Assembly: GCA_949840775.1 (NCBI GenBank)
Contig: CATKXO010000007.1
Coordinates: 24,744 to 48,743 of the forward strand
Reading direction: 5' to 3'
Source: an uncultured bacterium
Lineage (GTDB): Bacteria > Bacillota > Clostridia > Oscillospirales > Oscillospiraceae
DNA length: 24,000 bases
Shown: in pieces, positions 15,153 through 22,951 of the stretch
Layout of the letters: each line of letters starts with the position of its first letter
Numbering within the stretch: position 1 is the stretch's first letter
Translations under genes and position numbers: made by a program
The notes under the pieces: model-generated
What the model saw: only the letters and a program-made list of their open reading frames with translations
Databases searched by the model: none
What the model was told of the DNA's origin: nothing

Positions 15153-15467
15153 ATGAGAAATAAAGTAGTAGTCACCATCGGCGGAAAGGACTACACCATG
15201 GTGGCGGCGGAGGACGAGGGCTATGTCCGCAAATGCGCCGCGCTGGTGGACAAGCATTTGGGCGAGATACTGACCGGAGGCAAGCTGTCTCAGGCGGACG
15301 CGGCGGTGCTGGCCGCCATGAACATCGCCGACCTGCTGTTTAAAGAGCAGGAGGCGGCGGAAAACCTGCGCCGCCAGGTGAAGGAGAACCTGGAGGAGGC
15401 CAACTCCCTGAAACTGGAGCTGTCCGAGGCCAAGCGGGAGATTTTCAAGCTGGGGACCAGAAAATAA
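15153..15467 (+). CDS. zapA: Cell division protein ZapA
   Basis: 104 aa. VVVTIGGKDYTMVAAEDEGYVRKCAALVDKHL followed by a C-terminal coiled coil is the typical ZapA layout. Confidence 0.8.
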   Translation: MRNKVVVTIGGKDYTMVAAEDEGYVRKCAALVDKHLGEILTGGKLSQADAAVLAAMNIADLLFKEQEAAENLRRQVKENLEEANSLKLELSEAKREIFKLGTRK

Positions 15468-15482
15468 CGGGAGGTCTTGCCC

Positions 15483-17570
15483 ATGATGGAGCTGCTTGCC
15501 CCCGCCGGGTCCATGGAGGCGGTGACCGCCGCCGTCCAGAACGGGGCCGGCGCCGTCTATTTTGGATATGGAGATTTCAACGCCCGCCGCGGAGCCCGGA
15601 ACTTCACCCGGGAAGAGGCCGCGGCGGCGGTTTCTTACTGCCATCTCCGGGGGTGCAGGGTGAACCTCACCCTGAACACCCTCCTCACCGACCGGGAGCT
15701 GCCCGCCGCCGCCGAGCTGGCCGCCCACGCCTGCGATATCGGGGTGGACGCGGTTATCGTCCAGGACCTGGGGGTGGTCCGGATGCTCCGCCAGTCGGTC
15801 CCCGACCTGCCCATCCACGGCTCCACCCAGATGACCGTCCACTCCCTGGACGGGGTGAAGCTGTGCGCCGACCTGGGGATGAGCCGGGTGGTGCTGGGCC
15901 GGGAGCTGAGCCGGGACCAGATCGCGTACATCTGCAAGGAGTCCCCCATCGAGATTGAGGTCTTCGGCCACGGGGCCCTGTGCATGTGCTGGTCGGGGCA
16001 GTGCTTTTTCTCCTCCGTCATCGGGGGCCGCAGCGGCAACCGGGGGATGTGCGCCCAGCCCTGCCGCCTGAACTACGGCTGGGGCAGCAAGGCCGGCGAG
16101 TACCCCCTCTCCCTGAAGGACCTGTCCCTGGCCGGGCACCTGAAAGAATTGCAGGACATGGGGGTGGCCTGCCTCAAGTTGGAGGGGAGGATGAAGCGGC
16201 CCGAGTACGTGGCCATCGTCACCGGCATCTACGCCAGAGCCCTGAAGGAGGGCCGTGAGCCCACCGCTGAGGAAGTTGATATTTTAAAGCAGGTCTTTTC
16301 CCGCCAGGGCTTTACCGATGGGTATTTTATGGACCGGAAGGGTCCGGACATGTTCGGCACCCGCCAGGAGGAGAAGGAGCCCCGGGAGCTCTACGCCCAG
16401 GCCCGGGCTACCTATGAGAATAACGCGGAGAACCGGAAGGAGCCGGTGCGGATGTACGCCCTCATCCAGGCTGGCCAGCCCGCCCAGGCGGCGGCGGAGG
16501 ACCGGGAGGGCCGGGTGGTCCGGGTGGAGGGTCAGGTACCCGAGGCGGCCCGGAACGTCCCCCTCACCCGGGACAAGGTGGAGCTCCAGCTCTCCCGCAC
16601 CGGGGGCACCCCCTTCCAGTGCGAAAAGGCCACCGCCAAAGTGGAGGAGGGCCTGGCCCTCCCCCTGTCCGCCCTCAACGATCTGCGGCGGCGGGTGCTG
16701 GAGGAGCTGGTGAAGGAGCGGCAGAAGCCCCCCCAGCGCCGCAAGGGCAAATACCAGCCCGGCGTCCGCTATGAGAATCAGGAGGAGCCCCCGGTGTTCA
16801 CCGTGTCCCTGCGGACCGCCTCCCAGCTTAGCGCCGAGCTGTTGAAGTTAAAGCCCGCCCTGATTTACCTCCCGGCGAACGAGGGCGCCGCCCATCCGGA
16901 GGCGGTGAAGCGGTGTATGCAGGCGGGGGTGCCTGTGGCCGCTTCCCTGCCCCGCATCTGCACCGACAGGGAGCTGCCCCAGCTGGAGCGGGACCTGATC
17001 GCCCTGGGGGAGCTGGGCGTGGAGGAGGCCCTGGCCGGCACCTGGGGAATGGTCCGCCGGGCCATGCAGCTAGGCTTTTCCGTCCGGGGGGACTACGGCC
17101 TGGGGGTGTACAACAGCCAGACCATGAAGGAGCTGAAACGGCTGGGCCTCGTCGGGGCCACCGTGTCCTTTGAGATGAAGTTCCCCCAAATTCGGGACCT
17201 GTCCAAAACAATCCCCGCCGAGTTTATCGCCTACGGCCGCCTGCCCCTGATGATTACCGAGAACTGCATCATTTACAACCACTGCGGCCGCCATACCTGC
17301 GGCAATGTGAACCTGCTCACCGACCGGAAGGGGGAGCGCTTCCCCGTGGTCAAGGCCTGGGGCTGCCGGAATGAGATTCTCAACTCCAAAAAGGTGTTCC
17401 TGGCGGACAAGCAGGCCGACTGGCAGCGCCTGGGCCTGTGGGGGGCCCGGCTGATGTTCACCACCGAAAACGCTTTGGAGTGCGCCCAGGTGCTGGAGCG
17501 GTACTTAAACAGGGGCAAGTACCAGCCCAACGACTTTACACGGGGGCTGTACTACCGGGATGTGGAGTAA
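15483..17570 (+). CDS. Peptidase U32 family protein (collagenase-like)
   Basis: MELLAPAGS...AVYFG...FNARR N-terminus and U32 signature EVFGHGALCMCWSGQC. ATG 15483 is preferred (GGGAGG 8 nt upstream) over the ORF-track TTG 15477. Confidence 0.85.
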   Translation: MMELLAPAGSMEAVTAAVQNGAGAVYFGYGDFNARRGARNFTREEAAAAVSYCHLRGCRVNLTLNTLLTDRELPAAAELAAHACDIGVDAVIVQDLGVVRMLRQSVPDLPIHGSTQMTVHSLDGVKLCADLGMSRVVLGRELSRDQIAYICKESPIEIEVFGHGALCMCWSGQCFFSSVIGGRSGNRGMCAQPCRLNYGWGSKAGEYPLSLKDLSLAGHLKELQDMGVACLKLEGRMKRPEYVAIVTGIYARALKEGREPTAEEVDILKQVFSRQGFTDGYFMDRKGPDMFGTRQEEKEPRELYAQARATYENNAENRKEPVRMYALIQAGQPAQAAAEDREGRVVRVEGQVPEAARNVPLTRDKVELQLSRTGGTPFQCEKATAKVEEGLALPLSALNDLRRRVLEELVKERQKPPQRRKGKYQPGVRYENQEEPPVFTVSLRTASQLSAELLKLKPALIYLPANEGAAHPEAVKRCMQAGVPVAASLPRICTDRELPQLERDLIALGELGVEEALAGTWGMVRRAMQLGFSVRGDYGLGVYNSQTMKELKRLGLVGATVSFEMKFPQIRDLSKTIPAEFIAYGRLPLMITENCIIYNHCGRHTCGNVNLLTDRKGERFPVVKAWGCRNEILNSKKVFLADKQADWQRLGLWGARLMFTTENALECAQVLERYLNRGKYQPNDFTRGLYYRDVE

Positions 17571-17581
17571 TATAAGGCCAT

Positions 17582-17717
17582 AAGGCCCCCTTCGCAAAGG
17601 GGGCTGTCAGCGAAGCTGACTGGGGGTTTTCTCCTCATGAAAACAGATGCGTTTTGATATGAGAAAACCCTCCATCATTTGCTCCGCAAATGCCACCTCC
17701 CTTTGCGAAGGGAGGCT
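17582..17717 (+). repeat. Copy A of a ~135-nt structured TIR repeat
   Basis: Left end aaggcccccttcgcaaagggggctgtcagcgaagctgactgggggttttctc. Right end gagaaaaccctcc...ccacctccctttgcgaagggaggct. Begins 11 nt after the U32 stop codon. Confidence 0.85.
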
Positions 17718-17742
17718 GTTCTGCGGGGAAAGGAGACGCTCC

Positions 17743-18867
17743 ATGCTCAGCCGCCAAAAACTCTTCTGGCTCAGCCGGGCGTACGGCCTGCCCGGCTCTG
17801 ACGCCCGCTTTCTCCGGGCCGTCCGGGACAACTGCGCCTATCATATAAAGCACTGCCCCGAATACCGGCTGATCTGCCGGGCGGAGGGCTTTTCTCCCGA
17901 CTGTCTGGAGACGATAGACGACCTGGCCAGGCTCCCCGTCCTGCCCACCCTGTTCTTCAAGCGGCACCACGTCTCCTCCATGCCGGAGTGGAGAATGGCC
18001 ATGAAGGTGACCTCCTCGGGCACCAGCGGCAGCTTCAGCCGGGTGGGGTTCGACTGGGGCTGCGTCTTCGCGGAGATTCCCATGGTGCTCCGGCTGGGCT
18101 TTTACCACAGGCTGGTCTCCCCTGTCCCCGCCCGCTATGTAATCCTGGGCTACAAGCCGGGAAAGCAGGACAAAATGGGGGTGGCCCGGACCATGTTCGG
18201 CGTGACCCACTTCGCCCCGCCGGTGGGCCGGTTTTACGCTTTGAAGTGGAAGGACGGGGCCTATGTCCCCGACCTGGACGGGGCGGTGAGAACCCTGTCC
18301 CGGTGGGGCCGGTTTCCCCTGCCGGTGCGCATTGTGGCCTTCCCCTCCTATCTGTGGTTTGGGATGGAGCGGATGGAGGAGCTGGGCCTGTCGGTATGCC
18401 TGCCCAGGGGCTCTAAAATCCTCCTGGCCGGGGGCTGGAAGCAGCACTACGCCCAGGAGGTGGACAAACCCCGCCTCTACGCCCTGGCCCGGAAGGTGCT
18501 GGGGGTGGAGGAGGAGCACATCCACGAGTTCTTCGGGGCGGTGGAACACCCCGTCTTCTTCAACACCTGCAAAAAACACCACTTTCACATCCCGGCCTAT
18601 GCCCGGGTCATCATCCGGGATGTGCGCACCTTAAAGCCCCTGCCCATGGGAGAGGTGGGGCTGGTGAATCTCATCACCCCCCTCATCAACGCCACCCCGG
18701 TGACCAGCGTCATGACCGACGATCTGGGCTGTCTCACCCCCGGAGAGGACTGCGGCTGCGGGCTGAGCTCCCCCTACCTCACCATCCTGGGCCGGGCGGG
18801 GCTGAACGACATCACCACCTGCGCGGCGGGGGCCGCGGAGCTACTGGGAAAGGGGGAGGCATTTTGA
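17743..18867 (+). CDS. LuxE-like acyl-protein synthetase (adenylate-forming enzyme)
   Basis: 374 aa from ATG 17743 (RBS AAAGGAG). The ORF-track start 17647 lies inside repeat copy A. The N-terminus FLRAVRDNCAYHIKHCPEYRLI...LPVLPTLFFKRH and the TSSGTSGSFSRVGFD adenylation motif resemble LuxE-family proteins (recollection, unverified). Confidence 0.6.
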   Translation: MLSRQKLFWLSRAYGLPGSDARFLRAVRDNCAYHIKHCPEYRLICRAEGFSPDCLETIDDLARLPVLPTLFFKRHHVSSMPEWRMAMKVTSSGTSGSFSRVGFDWGCVFAEIPMVLRLGFYHRLVSPVPARYVILGYKPGKQDKMGVARTMFGVTHFAPPVGRFYALKWKDGAYVPDLDGAVRTLSRWGRFPLPVRIVAFPSYLWFGMERMEELGLSVCLPRGSKILLAGGWKQHYAQEVDKPRLYALARKVLGVEEEHIHEFFGAVEHPVFFNTCKKHHFHIPAYARVIIRDVRTLKPLPMGEVGLVNLITPLINATPVTSVMTDDLGCLTPGEDCGCGLSSPYLTILGRAGLNDITTCAAGAAELLGKGEAF

Positions 18868-20126
18868 TTTTTGCCGGCGGAAAGATTCTCCCCGACTCAG
18901 AGCGGAGCGCCGTTCTGGGCCGCCTGGAGGAGGACATCTCCCAGACCCTCGGCGGCCCGCCCCTGGCGGCGGAGACCGTCCTGGACGCCCTGGAGACCCT
19001 GGCCGCGGAGCTGGACAGCGGCGCGCTGGACGGCCTCATCGCCCGATACGCCCCGCCGGGAGCCCGGGAGGAGCTGGACCGGGTCCGCCCCCAGATCAGC
19101 CGGAAAACCCTGGAGGACCGGCTGAGCCTAGAGCTGGGGGGCCTGGGCGGCCCCCGGCCCTTCGGCCGGGCGGAGGTCCGCCCCCTGGGGGTACTCCTCC
19201 ACATCGCGCCGGGGAATATGGCGGGCCTGCCCGCCTTCACCGCCGTGGAGGGCCTGCTCACCGGCAACCTCAACCTGGTCAAGCTGCCCCACGGGGATAA
19301 GGGCCTCACGTTGGCGGTGTTCCAAAAGCTGACGGAGCTGGAGCCCCGGCTGGCCCCCTGGCTATACGCCTTTGATGTCCCCTCCAGGGACACCGCGTCC
19401 CTGAAACGTCTGGCCGCTCTGGCCGGCGGTATCGTCACCTGGGGCGGGGACGGGGCGATTACGGCCATGCGGAAGCTGGCCCCGCCCGGCTGCAAGCTGA
19501 TCGAATGGGGCCACCGGCTCAGCTTTGCCTACCTGTCCGATTGGGCGGGGCTGGACCTGTCCCCCCTGGCCCGCCACATCCTCCGCACCGGCGGGCTGCT
19601 GTGCTCCTCCTGCCAGGTGATTTACCTTGATACGGAGTATCTGGCCGTCGGGGAAAAATTCTGCAAGGACTTTTTGCCCGTGTTGGAGCGGGCCGCCGCA
19701 TCCCGCTATCAGGCCCCCGGACAGGCGGCTCAGGGGGCCCTCTACACCCGGGAAGCGCTCCTGGAGCAGATTGTGGACCGGGCGGCCTCCGACGACCTGG
19801 TCTTTGCCGGCCGGTGCTGCTCCCTGGTGCTGCGGCGGGACATGGAGCTGGAGCTGTCCCACCTCCACGGCAATGTGCTGGTGAAGCGCCTGCCCCGCAA
19901 GGACCTCCTGCCCGTTCTGGGGCGGCAGCGGGGGCGGCTCCAGACGGCGGGCCTCCTCTGCCCCGAACGGTTGCGGGAGGAGCTGGCCGCCCTGCTGGCC
20001 CGGGCGGGTGTCAACCGGATCACCGCCCCCGGCCGCATGTCGGACGCGTTCCTCCAGGAGGCCCACGACGGGGAGTACCCCCTGCGCCGGTATGTGCGGG
20101 TTGTGGACGTGGAAAATAATTTTTGA
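18864..20126 (+). CDS. LuxC-like acyl-CoA reductase (aldehyde-forming)
   Basis: 420 aa. The TTG start overlaps the upstream TGA (TTGA), with the RBS GGGGGAGG upstream. LHIAPGNMAGLPAFTAVEGLLTGNLNLVKLP and the candidate catalytic GLLCSSCQVIY resemble the LuxC family (unverified). Confidence 0.6.
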   Translation: MIFAGGKILPDSERSAVLGRLEEDISQTLGGPPLAAETVLDALETLAAELDSGALDGLIARYAPPGAREELDRVRPQISRKTLEDRLSLELGGLGGPRPFGRAEVRPLGVLLHIAPGNMAGLPAFTAVEGLLTGNLNLVKLPHGDKGLTLAVFQKLTELEPRLAPWLYAFDVPSRDTASLKRLAALAGGIVTWGGDGAITAMRKLAPPGCKLIEWGHRLSFAYLSDWAGLDLSPLARHILRTGGLLCSSCQVIYLDTEYLAVGEKFCKDFLPVLERAAASRYQAPGQAAQGALYTREALLEQIVDRAASDDLVFAGRCCSLVLRRDMELELSHLHGNVLVKRLPRKDLLPVLGRQRGRLQTAGLLCPERLREELAALLARAGVNRITAPGRMSDAFLQEAHDGEYPLRRYVRVVDVENNF

Positions 20127-20138
20127 GGAGTTTACAAT

Positions 20139-20588
20139 ATGGACTTGAAAATCAAGGCAGTTTCCCCTAAAATCGGAAAGGAAATCCCCCTGCCCTTCTA
20201 CGCCACCCCCGGCTCGGCGGCCATGGACCTCCACGCCTGCCTGGACGAAGCGGTGACCATCCCTGCCGGCGGACGGCGGCCCATCCCCACCGGCATCGCC
20301 ATCGCCCTGCCCTCGGCGGACTATGTGGCCCTGGTCTACGCCCGCAGCGGGCTGGCTGTCAAGCTCGGCGTGGCCCCCGCCAACTGCGTGGGGGTGATCG
20401 ACAGCGATTACAGGGGTGAAATACTGGTGGGCCTTCAAAACTCCGGGGAATCGGATTTCACCGTCCGGCCCGGCGACCGCATCGCCCAGCTGATGATTAC
20501 CCCGGTGGTCCGGGCCAGCCTCCAGATGGTGGACGAGCTGGACGGCACCGCCCGGGGCGCGGGGGGATTCGGGTCCACGGGAACTTAA
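20139..20588 (+). CDS. dut: dUTP diphosphatase
   Basis: 149 aa with GSAAMDL, ARSGLA, GVIDSDYRGE and RGAGGFGSTG, the canonical trimeric dUTPase motifs. Confidence 0.93.
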   Translation: MDLKIKAVSPKIGKEIPLPFYATPGSAAMDLHACLDEAVTIPAGGRRPIPTGIAIALPSADYVALVYARSGLAVKLGVAPANCVGVIDSDYRGEILVGLQNSGESDFTVRPGDRIAQLMITPVVRASLQMVDELDGTARGAGGFGSTGT

Positions 20589-20720
20589 AAGGCCCCCTTC
20601 GCAAAGGGGGCTGTCAGCGGAGCTGACTGGGGGTTTTCTCAGCGAAAGCCGCTGGTGTGAAGATAGAAAACCCTCCGTCATCCGCTTCGTGGATGCCACC
20701 TCCCTTTGCGAAGGGAGGCT
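20589..20720 (+). repeat. Copy B of the ~135-nt structured TIR repeat
   Basis: Starts at the base immediately after the dut stop codon. The first 52 nt differ from copy A at one position. The central and penultimate hairpins differ in sequence but stay paired. Confidence 0.85.
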
Positions 20721-20739
20721 TTAGAGGAGGTACAACCAT

Positions 20740-21591
20740 ATGTTCGGTTTATTCAAGAGCAAGGGAGAAAAGCCCGAGGAGCAGGCGCGGAAACAGCCCT
20801 CTGAGACTCCCGTGAACAAGCAGTTCAAAGAGCTGGCCGCCCAGTTTCTGCCCGAGGAGCTGACCATCCTGGCCGTCACCGGGGCCAACGGCTTTGGCGG
20901 GGGCAAGACCAGGGGCGAAACGCTGTGGACGGCCAGCATCGGCCTCACCGCCTGGATGGAGGAGGACAGCCCCGACATCCACCGGGGGAAATTTGTCCTG
21001 TCCACCATCGCGGACGACAGGCTGCTGGGCGTTCTCCGCCAGCGGGCCCGGTCGGACTTCATCATCAAGTTCCGGGGCCGGGTGTCGGAAAACGGCCAGC
21101 GCCTGCTGCTGCTGGACCTGCCCGAGCCGGCCTTCGACCCCGACCTGAAGGCCATTCTGGAGGAAGAAAAAAAGCCGGTCACCTTCCAGGAGGAGGGGCT
21201 GGGCGCCTTTACCCTCAACCGCCAGGTGGACTGGTTTGAGACCACGGTGGACTGGCTTGGGACGGAGATTTCCCTGGTCTTCGACGCGGAGGAAGACCGG
21301 GCGGGCTGCATCCAAAACGCCAAAGCGGTGCTGGCTGCCGCCGGGGACTGGGACCGGCGGGTGCGGGAGTACGCCGCCGGTGAGCTGCTGTCTTCCGCCA
21401 ACGACTGGGCGGAGGATGAGGAGATCACCAGGGAGCAGTTTATGGAGCGGATGGAGCTGGAATCCATCGAGGTCCGGGCGGACGGCGGATTCGACTTCTG
21501 GTTTGGAGACGGCGACCTGTTCTACGGCCACTCCATCCACGTCTCCGGAGATATGGAAAACGGCCCGGACGACGCAGAGATGGAGGGTTAA
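20740..21591 (+). CDS. Hypothetical protein (283 aa), possibly DUF2262/DUF6985-like C-terminal domain
   Basis: High-GC ORF with RBS AGAGGAGG. The C-terminal W..DW...ITREQFMERMELESIEVRADGGFDFWFGDGDLFYGHSIHVSG resembles a DUF family I cannot name with certainty. Confidence 0.65.
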   Translation: MFGLFKSKGEKPEEQARKQPSETPVNKQFKELAAQFLPEELTILAVTGANGFGGGKTRGETLWTASIGLTAWMEEDSPDIHRGKFVLSTIADDRLLGVLRQRARSDFIIKFRGRVSENGQRLLLLDLPEPAFDPDLKAILEEEKKPVTFQEEGLGAFTLNRQVDWFETTVDWLGTEISLVFDAEEDRAGCIQNAKAVLAAAGDWDRRVREYAAGELLSSANDWAEDEEITREQFMERMELESIEVRADGGFDFWFGDGDLFYGHSIHVSGDMENGPDDAEMEG

Positions 21592-21836
21592 TCCCCCAGG
21601 GCCTCCAGCATCAGACCGGCGCCGGTGAGAAAACCGGAGCGGAAGTATTGATAATTTTGCAGCACATCCTCATCCGCTTTCAGGTCAAACAGATGGTTCA
21701 CAAAGTCGATACCGAATACTGCTTGAACCTTTTCCATTTCAGCGGATATTTGACTGCATAATTTCTGTTGCTTTTTACTCCGTTCCGGGGTAATATCGTA
21801 ATCGCCGCTGAATAATTGATACAGGATATCTTCCAT
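21588..21836 (-). CDS. Hypothetical small protein (82 aa), divergent partner of an XRE regulator
   Basis: RBS GGAGGG lies 6 nt before ATG 21836, with a consensus promoter upstream. About 37-45% GC (hand count). Its stop overlaps the stop of the convergent 283-aa gene (TTAA). Confidence 0.55.
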   Translation of the reverse strand: MEDILYQLFSGDYDITPERSKKQQKLCSQISAEMEKVQAVFGIDFVNHLFDLKADEDVLQNYQYFRSGFLTGAGLMLEALGD

Positions 21837-21852
21837 TTTATTCCCTCCGATC

Positions 21853-21901
21853 CCTCAGTAAAGCTGAGGTTTATTATACTCAGTTTTACTGAGCTTGTCA
21901 A
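21853..21901 (-). promoter_or_regulatory. Consensus promoter with two palindromic operator-like sites in the divergent XRE/82-aa intergenic region
   Basis: - strand: TTGACA (21901-21896), 17-nt spacer, TATAAT (21878-21873). The palindromes ctcag-tttta-ctgag (21879-21893, inside the spacer) and cctcag-taaag-ctgagg (21853-21869, downstream of the -10) match 14/15 as reverse complements. Their centres are 25 bp apart. Confidence 0.65.
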
Positions 21902-21912
21902 GGGGTGTTTCT

Positions 21913-22161
21913 ATGTTTTCTAAAGAACTCTTCGGACAACGTGTCCTGGAACAACGGAAAAAACATGGAGAGACCCAAAAGGAGCTGGCGCATGTTGTGG
22001 GTGTTGGAGATACACAGATCATCGGTATTGAGCATGGACGCAATACAACTACCGCCGAGCGCATCGCCCTGATCTGCGAGCACTACCATGTCTCCGCCGA
22101 CTATCTCCTGGGACTGACCGACGACCCGGAGCCGAAGTATCAAGCGGAGGCGGAAGGATAA
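21913..22161 (+). CDS. XRE-family helix-turn-helix transcriptional regulator (82 aa)
   Basis: LFGQRVLEQRKKHGETQKELAHVVGVGDTQIIGIEHGRNTTTAERIALICEHYHVSADYLLGLTDD is a Cro/C1 HTH. ATG 21913 (RBS AAGGGG) is preferred over the ORF-track TTG 21895. Confidence 0.8.
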   Translation: MFSKELFGQRVLEQRKKHGETQKELAHVVGVGDTQIIGIEHGRNTTTAERIALICEHYHVSADYLLGLTDDPEPKYQAEAEG

Positions 22162-22165
22162 GGAA

Positions 22166-22299
22166 AAGGCCCCCTTCGCAAAGGGGGCTGTCAGCGAAGC
22201 TGACTGGGGGTTTTCTCAACAAAAGCCGTTGCCGTGAAGAGAGAAAACCCTCCACCGCCGCCTTCGGCGGCGGTCCCCCTCCCTTTGCGAAGGGAGGCT
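22166..22299 (+). repeat. Copy C of the ~135-nt structured TIR repeat
   Basis: Starts 4 nt after the XRE stop codon. The first 52 nt are identical to copy A. The penultimate hairpin is accgccgcc-ttc-ggcggcggt. Confidence 0.85.
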
Positions 22300-22342
22300 T
22301 TTCCCTGCGGGGGACGAGAGAGCACGTTAACGAGGTGTTTCT

Positions 22343-22951
22343 ATGAAAATCATCCTGGCCTCCCAATCACCCCGGCGGCGGGAGCTGCTGGAGCGGATGG
22401 GGATTACGGATTTTAAAATCATCCCGGCCCGGGAGGAGGAGGTGGCCACCCGCACCCTCACCCCCGACCAGCTGGTGGAGGAGCTGTCCCGGCGCAAGTG
22501 CGCCGAGGTGGCGGCCGCCCATCCGGAGGCCTTGGTGATTGCCGCCGACACCATGGTGGCCATCAACAACCGGGTGCTGGGCAAGCCCCGCACCGAGGAG
22601 GACGCGGCCCGGATGCTGGCCGCCCTGTCAGGCCGGCTGCACGTTGTATACACCGGCGTGACGGTGTCCCAGGGGGGAAAGACGCTGACCCAGCACGAGA
22701 TGACCTCCGTCCGCTTCCGCACCCTGACCCAGGCGGATATCATCCGCTACATCGCCACTGGCGAGCCCATGGACAAGGCGGGGGCCTACGGCATCCAGGG
22801 CTACGGCTCGGTGCTGGTGGAGGGCATTTCGGGAGATTACTACAATGTGATGGGCCTGCCGGTGTGCCGGCTGGCCCGGATGCTGGCCCGGTTCGGGGTG
22901 GACCCCCTGGCCCTGGCCGTTGAGAAGACCCAGAAGGAGCAAGAGACGTGA
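22343..22951 (+). CDS. maf: Maf-like nucleoside triphosphate pyrophosphatase / septum formation protein
   Basis: MKIILASQSPRRRELLERMGI, ADTMV and DKAGAYGIQG are Maf family signatures. Confidence 0.9.
   Translation: MKIILASQSPRRRELLERMGITDFKIIPAREEEVATRTLTPDQLVEELSRRKCAEVAAAHPEALVIAADTMVAINNRVLGKPRTEEDAARMLAALSGRLHVVYTGVTVSQGGKTLTQHEMTSVRFRTLTQADIIRYIATGEPMDKAGAYGIQGYGSVLVEGISGDYYNVMGLPVCRLARMLARFGVDPLALAVEKTQKEQET

Noticed and set aside
17607-17831. Short ORFs across the repeats (17607-17831 -, 22049-22366 -, the N-terminus of 19362-20699 -, and the first 32 codons of the 17647 + ORF). They share peptide strings such as EGFL.S...RKPPVS.ADSPLCEGG.
   Set aside because: The shared peptide is simply the translation of the repeated DNA element. 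Variation between copies preserves base pairing rather than codons, and the ORFs lack an RBS.
17582-22299. Whether the three repeats are integron attC sites and the intervening genes are cassettes. In favour: position right after stop codons, conserved ends, variable paired centre, size ~135 nt.
   Set aside because: No R''/R' core sites (RYYYAAC / GTTRRRY) at the ends and no intI-like gene. The supposed cassettes contain multi-gene blocks with housekeeping dut and their own promoters. Kept only as an analogy.
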